Below are positions 25,517 to 31,391 of a stretch of DNA of 31,391 nt, in pieces. Both the position numbers and the translations under genes were made by a program. The notes under the pieces are model-generated. The model was not told the origin of the DNA. It did no database searches and saw nothing but the letters and a program-made list of their open reading frames with translations. Source of the stretch: Candidatus Caenarcanum sp. (lineage in GTDB: Bacteria; Cyanobacteriota; Vampirovibrionia; Gastranaerophilales; UBA9971); contig DYOT01000001.1 in the NCBI GenBank assembly GCA_020720345.1, forward strand, positions 1 to 31,391, written 5' to 3'. Positions within the stretch are counted from its first letter, which is position 1. Every line of letters begins with the position of its first letter.

Positions 25517-28147
25517 ATGCATATTCAATCTGCTTTAGTTTCATCCAGATCTGTTCTGGATAGAAAAGTTGTCTCTGAAAATAATAGTAAAAAACATACA
25601 ACAAATCCCACTATGGGATTTGCTACAAGTTCAGTGCCTTCTTCTGAAAATTTAAAGGCACACTATTTAACACCTTTATCCACAGAAAAAACAAAAAAAA
25701 TTGGCTTCGGAAAAGCTATTGAAACTCATCTTAAAGGGATAGGTCCTGTATATGACTCCGAAAACGGGAAAGCTTCCCTTAAAATATGGGCGCCTACTGT
25801 CGCTGAAGGAGGAATGGAGCTTCAAATAATTAAAATCCCTATTAAATCAGCTTTAAATTTAAGATACAACGACCCAAAAATGCCTGAAGGATGCATAACT
25901 ATTCCGTTAAAGAAAGAAGGAGATGTATTCACCTCTGGAGACATCGATATTTCCAGACTTTCTCTCAGCAACGCTAATAAACCTGAAAACCCTTTATTGG
26001 GTTCAAATTCTTTTAATCAAGATGGCTATAAAGTAATGTACAGGTTAAATATAACCAAAAGACCTGATTGCTGTAAGCATCATTATCTTGGTGCCGTGAA
26101 AGACCCACGAGGCGAATTTTTGCCTGAAGGAGCAAGCGGCTGGAACGAGTTTGTAGACCATAAAACATTTGATTGGGGAGAACACGAAAAAGAGTGGAAC
26201 AAACCAGCTGCAGAAGGCGAAGTTTTTAATAAAGCAGGAAGAATCCAACTTGAAGGACGTTCAATACCTGAAAGAAACAAAGCTTTAGCTTCTCTTAAAA
26301 TATATGAATGCCATGTTGGCACTATGACAAAAGAAGGAACGTTTGATGCATTAATTAAACCTTTATCATATAACGAATTAATGAGCCAGTTCGTTGATAA
26401 AGGGGAAAACCTTGATGAAAAACTGAAAACCGAACTGGTTGAGCTTGATAAAAAAGGCAAACTTAACAGGCTAAGCTTTATCAAGGCTATGGGATACAAC
26501 GCTATAGAATTTATGCCGGTTAATCAATTCCCGGGCAAATTTGGCTGGGGATATGATACGTCTGACATTCATGCTATTCAGCATTCATATGGCGGACCGG
26601 AAGGATTTAAAGATCTTGTTAAAACCTGTCATAAAGCAGGATTAAATGTATTTCAGGATGTCCAGCACAATCATGAAGGTCCTGAAGAATTCTTATTAAA
26701 CCATTTCGCTCCGTATATTAAATCAGGAGGCGAATTTGGAGGACTCTACAACTTTGATACGAGTGATCCTTTTGAACGAGTCAGAGACCACTTTGTAGAT
26801 GCGTCAGTAAAAAGTTTTCACGATCACCACATTGACGGAATCAGATATGATTACACCAAAGATATGGGATTAAACCCACTCAGACAAATTTCGGAAGAAC
26901 TTCTTGCACACTTCCCCAATTCTATAAAATCTTCTGAAGACCACAGAGAAAGATTTGACCTGTCTAATCATATTACACCTGATGACCCTAACATTCCAAC
27001 GGCATTAACAGATGACTATATACCGCCAAGGTGCACTGAGGGTTCACCAAGATTATGCGCTATGGACATGAATCAGTGGAATTCCGATGCAGCTCATACA
27101 GCAGAAGCGTTGGTTGTCGGCGAAAAGGTTGATGCAGCTGAACCTTCATTAAATAGGCTTTCAGCTATTTACAAAAACGGGTTTACAAAATATTCAAATC
27201 CATTGGGAGATGCCAATACAGTTGAATTTATTATAAGCCACGATGAAAAAGGCAACCATGACAAAAACTTAGTGGCAAAGATAGCTGCTAAAGATCTTGA
27301 CATTTTCAATAACTCCCCTGACGGACCAACAGGTAATAAAATTATAAATGCATTAATTGATTCATATATAAATAGCGACAAAAAAAGTATAATGTCAGCC
27401 GAAGAACAATCCCAAATGGGATTAAGAAGAACTATCGACTTTGCAAAATTTGATGCTGCATACAAAAGAGCAGAAGCAAGAAGAAGAGTGGCATTGGCAG
27501 AGTTGGCCATAAGACCGGGCGGTCCAAAAATGATTAACCAGGGGGCAGAAAGAGTTCATAATAGGCTAAAATTCTTTGCTGACCTTTCTCCTGAAAAAAA
27601 TGCGGCATTATCAAACTCCAAAAAATATGATGCAGGTGTTCCTGCATTAAATGAATGCAAACTTGATAATTACGGGTTTGATTCAAAGAAAATTAATCTC
27701 TGGAAAAAGTTATCCGATATAACTTCCGAAAACGAAGCACTAACTTCCGGCAAGAGAAAATATGCCGATTTAATCAAAGATTTTGTATCTGAAGGACCTG
27801 ACGATAAAGTGTATGAAGTTTTACGCACAAATGACACTGATTTAACTAAGAAACCTAATAATGAAATTTTTACCATAATAAATTATGGAGACAAAGACTA
27901 TAAAGAATACGGAATAAAAATGACCAATGAACTTGCCCAACCCGACTCAAATTGGAGATTAAGCAAAGGCATCTGGGAAGTCATATTCCATTCAGAAGAC
28001 CCTAAATACAGCAATCATCCTATTCCTGAAGAATTCAGAATTAAGGAAGGAACAAGATTTATAGCTGATGGGAAAGAAATAATTCTTCCACTGTTTAGAA
28101 ATTCAGCCATAATTCTCAAGAAAATCAGCAAACACGCTAAAATATAA
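25517..28147 (+). CDS. GH13 alpha-glucan hydrolase most like malto-oligosyltrehalose trehalohydrolase (TreZ), with a ~70-aa N-terminal leader
   Basis: LKIWAP, YECHVGT..KEGTFDA, AIEFMPVNQFPG..GWGYD, YGGPEG, DVQHNH, GIRYD (nucleophile Asp), SSED (acid/base Glu), SHDEKGN (transition-state Asp). Confidence 0.85.
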   Translation: MHIQSALVSSRSVLDRKVVSENNSKKHTTNPTMGFATSSVPSSENLKAHYLTPLSTEKTKKIGFGKAIETHLKGIGPVYDSENGKASLKIWAPTVAEGGMELQIIKIPIKSALNLRYNDPKMPEGCITIPLKKEGDVFTSGDIDISRLSLSNANKPENPLLGSNSFNQDGYKVMYRLNITKRPDCCKHHYLGAVKDPRGEFLPEGASGWNEFVDHKTFDWGEHEKEWNKPAAEGEVFNKAGRIQLEGRSIPERNKALASLKIYECHVGTMTKEGTFDALIKPLSYNELMSQFVDKGENLDEKLKTELVELDKKGKLNRLSFIKAMGYNAIEFMPVNQFPGKFGWGYDTSDIHAIQHSYGGPEGFKDLVKTCHKAGLNVFQDVQHNHEGPEEFLLNHFAPYIKSGGEFGGLYNFDTSDPFERVRDHFVDASVKSFHDHHIDGIRYDYTKDMGLNPLRQISEELLAHFPNSIKSSEDHRERFDLSNHITPDDPNIPTALTDDYIPPRCTEGSPRLCAMDMNQWNSDAAHTAEALVVGEKVDAAEPSLNRLSAIYKNGFTKYSNPLGDANTVEFIISHDEKGNHDKNLVAKIAAKDLDIFNNSPDGPTGNKIINALIDSYINSDKKSIMSAEEQSQMGLRRTIDFAKFDAAYKRAEARRRVALAELAIRPGGPKMINQGAERVHNRLKFFADLSPEKNAALSNSKKYDAGVPALNECKLDNYGFDSKKINLWKKLSDITSENEALTSGKRKYADLIKDFVSEGPDDKVYEVLRTNDTDLTKKPNNEIFTIINYGDKDYKEYGIKMTNELAQPDSNWRLSKGIWEVIFHSEDPKYSNHPIPEEFRIKEGTRFIADGKEIILPLFRNSAIILKKISKHAKI

Positions 28148-28270
28148 CTACTCAGGTACTTGTAAACTGTCATTGCGAGGAGCTTGCGACGAAGCAATCC
28201 AAAAATTATAAAAATTTTTTTAGATTGCCACGCTCCCATTGGTCGCTCGCAATGACAACCTGAGTAGTTA
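28145..28270. repeat. Composite palindrome between convergent GH13 and clpB: full family B element inside a 13-bp perfect inverted repeat
   Basis: Outer IR TAACTACTCAGGT (28145-28157) / ACCTGAGTAGTTA (28258-28270). Inner element TGTCATTGCGAG...GCAATCC-AAAAATT..AATTTTT-AGATTGC...CTCGCAATGACA (28168-28257). Confidence 0.9.
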
Positions 28271-28286
28271 CGTTAAAATATAATAG

Positions 28287-30905
28287 CTAAACTTTCTTAA
28301 AAATTATCTCATCGTTCTCAACGTCTATGATTAAATTATCGCCGTCGGAGAATTTGCCTTCGAGTATTCCTCTGGAAAGCGGGTTTTCTATATCCTGACG
28401 AATTACTTTTTTTAGGGGTCTTGCCCCGTAAGCAGGATTATATCCCCTTGCTGCAAGAATTTCCTTGGCATCATCAGTAATTTCAATAGTAATATCTTTT
28501 TCTTTAAGAAGTTTTTTAAGATTTCCAATTTGAATATCGACGATTTCACATAGCTGTTCAAGGGACAACCCGCTAAAGAAAACAATTTCGTCAATTCTAT
28601 TAAGGAATTCCGGCTTAAAGTGCTGTTTCATAAGATCCATAACACGATCTTTTACAGCCGTCATTCCGTTACCATGGGCAAGCATCTGGCTTAAAGTGCC
28701 TTCAAGAATAATATTGCTACCAATATTGCTGGTCATAATTATAACTGTATTTTTGAAATCAACTGTTCGTCCTTTGGAATCAGTAAGCCGCCCGTCATCA
28801 AGGATCTGAAGCATTATATTAAACACATCATTATGAGCCTTTTCAATTTCATCAAAAAGTATAACACTATAAGGTTTTCTGCGAACCTGTTCGGTAAGCT
28901 GCCCGCCTTCTTCATAACCCACATAACCGGGAGGCGCACCAATAAGCCTTGCCACAGAGTGTTTTTCCATATATTCAGTCATGTCTATTCTGACTAGGGC
29001 ATTCTCATCGTTAAAAAGAAATGTTGCAAGTGCTTTCCCCAGCTCAGTTTTACCTACACCGGTAGGACCAAGAAAAATAAAAGAACCGATAGGTCTATTA
29101 GGGTCTTTCAATCCTGCCCTAGCCCTTCTAACAGCTTCAGAAACAGCAATAACGGCTTCATCCTGACCAATAATCCTTTTATGAAGATCTTCTTCCATAT
29201 GAAGCAGCTTCTTTAATTCACTTTCCATTAGCTTACTTACAGGGACGCCTGTCCACTTGGAAACAACTTCGGCTATTTCATCCTCATCGACTTCTTCTTT
29301 AAGCATCGCATCTTTGGTTTCACGACGAGAAAGCCTGTCTTCTTCCTGATTTAACTTCTTTTCAAGCTCAATAAGTTTTCCATATTTTAATTCCGCTGCT
29401 TTTGCAAGGTCAGTTTCTCTTTCTGCGGTTTCAATAAGCTGTTTGGTTTTTTCTATTTCTTCTTTAATATTTCTCACAACAGAAATAGTATTTTTTTCAT
29501 ACTCCCATTGATTTTTTAAGTCGTCGACCTCTGCCTGAAGCGATTTAATTTCAGAATCAAGACCATTAATTTTTTCTTTTGAAATTTCGTCTGTTTCCTT
29601 TTTCAACGCTTCTCTTTCTATTTCAAGCTGAGTTTTTTGCCTTACGAGAGCATCAATTTCAGACGGCATGCTGTCAATTTCAATCCGAAGTTTTGAAGAA
29701 GCTTCATCTATAAGATCAATCGCCTTATCCGGCAAAAACCTGTCTGTTATATACCTGTCAGAAAGTTTTGCTGCGGCTATAATAGCGGAATCCTTTATTA
29801 TTACGCCATGATGAACTTCATAACGTTCTTTCAAGCCCCTGAGAATACTTATTGTATCCTCAACAGAAGGCTCATCGATAAGCACCGGCTGAAATCTTCT
29901 TTCCAGAGCCGCATCTTTCTCTATATATTTTCTATATTCATTTATTGTAGTAGCCCCGATACATCTTAACTGCCCTCTTGAAAGCAGGGGTTTAAGAAGA
30001 TTGCTTGCATCCATAGAGCCTTCTGTCGCACCGGCGCCAACAACGGTATGAAGCTCGTCGATAAACATAACTATTTCGCCTTCGCTGTTCTGGACTTCTT
30101 TTAAAACAGCTTTAAGGCGCTCCTCGAATTCCCCTCGGAATTTTGCCCCCGCAACAAGTGCTCCCATATCAAGAGAAATAAGCTTTGTCCCCTTTAAGCC
30201 TTCAGGAACATCTTCTTTTATAATTCTAAGAGCCAGACCTTCAGCTATGGCAGTTTTACCGACACCGGGCTCACCGATTAAAACTGGATTATTTTTAGTT
30301 CGCCTGTTTAAAACCTGGATTGTCCTTCTAATTTCTTCATCACGTCCAATAACAGGGTCAAGCTTGCCTTTTTTGGCAAGGTCAGTTAAATCAATACTGT
30401 ATTTTTCAAGAGCCTGATATTTTGCTTCGGCATCAGGACTGTCAACGGAAGCCGAGCCCCTGATTTCCTTTAAGACCTTGTAAAGAGCTTCTTTTGTAAT
30501 GCCGTTATCGTTCAAAATTTTTCCGCAGTCAGAACTTCTGTCATTACTCATAGCGAGCAATATATGCCCGAGGTCAATATAACTGTCTTTAAGCCTTGCC
30601 GCTTCTTCTTCGGCGGCGTCAAAAAGCCGTTTGAACTCTATACTTATGTATATTTGTCCGGCAGCAACAACGTTTGCAACTTTAGGTTTTTTAGCGAGAT
30701 CTTTTTCCGTGGATTCTTTAATTAAAAGAGTATTAGCCTTTAACTTATTAAATACAGTCGTTGCAAAACCTTTCTCATCCTCTGCCATAGCAAGAAGCAA
30801 ATGTTCGGGGAATAGCTGTGGGTTATTGAAGCGCATCATTATGTTTTGCGCAGCCATAATGGTATTTTGCGTCTGCTGGGTGAGCCTGTTAAAATCTATC
30901 ATCAA
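28287..30905 (-). CDS. clpB: Disaggregase chaperone ClpB
   Basis: Clp N-domain, [21 protein letters not shown], coiled-coil M domain, [43 protein letters not shown]. Confidence 0.98.
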   Translation of the reverse strand: MMIDFNRLTQQTQNTIMAAQNIMMRFNNPQLFPEHLLLAMAEDEKGFATTVFNKLKANTLLIKESTEKDLAKKPKVANVVAAGQIYISIEFKRLFDAAEEEAARLKDSYIDLGHILLAMSNDRSSDCGKILNDNGITKEALYKVLKEIRGSASVDSPDAEAKYQALEKYSIDLTDLAKKGKLDPVIGRDEEIRRTIQVLNRRTKNNPVLIGEPGVGKTAIAEGLALRIIKEDVPEGLKGTKLISLDMGALVAGAKFRGEFEERLKAVLKEVQNSEGEIVMFIDELHTVVGAGATEGSMDASNLLKPLLSRGQLRCIGATTINEYRKYIEKDAALERRFQPVLIDEPSVEDTISILRGLKERYEVHHGVIIKDSAIIAAAKLSDRYITDRFLPDKAIDLIDEASSKLRIEIDSMPSEIDALVRQKTQLEIEREALKKETDEISKEKINGLDSEIKSLQAEVDDLKNQWEYEKNTISVVRNIKEEIEKTKQLIETAERETDLAKAAELKYGKLIELEKKLNQEEDRLSRRETKDAMLKEEVDEDEIAEVVSKWTGVPVSKLMESELKKLLHMEEDLHKRIIGQDEAVIAVSEAVRRARAGLKDPNRPIGSFIFLGPTGVGKTELGKALATFLFNDENALVRIDMTEYMEKHSVARLIGAPPGYVGYEEGGQLTEQVRRKPYSVILFDEIEKAHNDVFNIMLQILDDGRLTDSKGRTVDFKNTVIIMTSNIGSNIILEGTLSQMLAHGNGMTAVKDRVMDLMKQHFKPEFLNRIDEIVFFSGLSLEQLCEIVDIQIGNLKKLLKEKDITIEITDDAKEILAARGYNPAYGARPLKKVIRQDIENPLSRGILEGKFSDGDNLIIDVENDEIIFKKV

Positions 30906-30933
30906 ACAATCCTCTCAAAAAAAATAGTTGCAT

Positions 30934-30975
30934 TGTCATTGCGAGGAGCATTCGTAGAATGCGACGAAGCAATCC
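30934..30975. repeat. Palindromic element, family B, single arm upstream of clpB
   Basis: TGTCATTGCGAGGAGCATTCGTAGAATGCGACGAAGCAATCC, with internal hairpin GCATTC-GTA-GAATGC. Confidence 0.88.
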
Positions 30976-31079
30976 ATAATTTTATTTTAAACTATTTATA
31001 TATTATATGTAGCTATTTTAATAATTATTTTATTATTTTCCACGCCATTGCATTTGATTTCTGTATTGCAAAAAATCAA

Positions 31080-31113
31080 AATAATGTTATTATAATAATG
31101 TAATAACATTATT
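31080..31113 (+). promoter_or_regulatory. Perfect 13-bp inverted repeat overlapping a TATAAT box; candidate toxin-antitoxin operator
   Basis: AATAATGTTATTA (31080-31092), 8-nt spacer, TAATAACATTATT (31101-31113). TATAAT at 31091-31096. Ends 13 nt before the toxin-like ATG. Confidence 0.55.
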
Positions 31114-31126
31114 CAAAAATAATAAA

Positions 31127-31375
31127 ATGAAATATGATGTAGAATTTTTAAAGGAAGCCAAAGAAGAAATAAACAAACTTGACGATCATTATCAAGGAAT
31201 CCTTAAAGTGGCTTATGAAACAATAAAAAATAATGGCATAGAATATTTAGACATAAATTCTTTAGGCAATAAACTTTTTGAAATCAAAGATGGGAAAACC
31301 AGAAGTATATATAAATATCAGGAAGGGCAAATAATTATTATAAAATTAGCTCAAAAAAGACTAAATAACATATAA
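31127..31375 (+). CDS. RelE/ParE-fold (HigB/Gp49-like) toxin homolog, apparently internally shortened
   Basis: 82 aa with VEFLKEAKEEINKL, SLGNKLFEIK, RSIYKY, terminal KLAQKRL. Followed by SD plus ATG of a next gene (toxin-first layout). Confidence 0.7.
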   Translation: MKYDVEFLKEAKEEINKLDDHYQGILKVAYETIKNNGIEYLDINSLGNKLFEIKDGKTRSIYKYQEGQIIIIKLAQKRLNNI

Positions 31376-31387
31376 GGAGATACAGAA

Positions 31388-31391
31388 ATGA
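31388..31391 (+). CDS. Start of a downstream gene cut by the window edge (possible antitoxin)
   Basis: AAGGAG at 31375-31380, then ATG at 31388. Only 4 nt visible, so identity is inferred purely from position. Confidence 0.4.

Noticed and set aside
1482-30927. Numerous 60-140 aa antisense or alternate-frame ORFs in the track
   Set aside because: All are nested in well-supported genes and show no recognisable motifs. Treated as shadow ORFs.
30846-31103. ORF-track 85-aa ORF (and 28015..28239) spanning the repeats
   Set aside because: These overlap real genes on the opposite strand and merely read through a palindromic element and AT-rich DNA. No SD or family signal.
30906-31126. CIRCE/HrcA heat-shock operator upstream of clpB
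   Set aside because: No TTAGCACTC-N9-GAGTGCTAA-like sequence on either strand.
1-31391. CRISPR array, rRNA/tRNA genes, prophage or transposase
   Set aside because: The repeats are dispersed palindromes, not regularly spaced direct repeats. No RNA-gene signatures or recombinase/transposase ORFs were seen.

Overview
AT-rich bacterial chromosome segment, mostly housekeeping, with no rRNA, tRNA, CRISPR, integrase or transposase visible. In order: a partial minus-strand gene, a GH35 beta-galactosidase plus a small partner ORF, an isolated motAB flagellar stator, a hypothetical gene, secA, a small Cys-rich DUF6485-like gene, an 11-gene complex I-like operon (ndhC-K-J-H-A-I-G-E-F-D-B = nuoA-B-C-D-H-I-J-K-L-M-N, no nuoEFG), an FeS 2-hydroxyacyl-CoA dehydratase/CoA-activase-family gene heading a short dcw cluster (rsmH-ftsL-ftsI-murE), a TreZ-like GH13 with a long N-terminal leader, clpB, and a RelE/HigB-like toxin gene. 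Cyanobacteria-like Ndh subunits together with a flagellar stator suggest a non-photosynthetic cyanobacterial relative (Melainabacteria/Vampirovibrionia); this is an inference. The most notable feature is a set of short non-autonomous palindromic elements (two TGTCATT...ATGACA families plus two other palindromes) at six loci. Copies sit in-frame inside murE (with a second element nested in it) and the GH35 gene, form the C-terminus of NdhK, and lie in the 5' regions of secA and clpB. Other leads are a probable ATT start codon, a four-Cys insert in NdhH, and a toxin with an apparent internal deletion.
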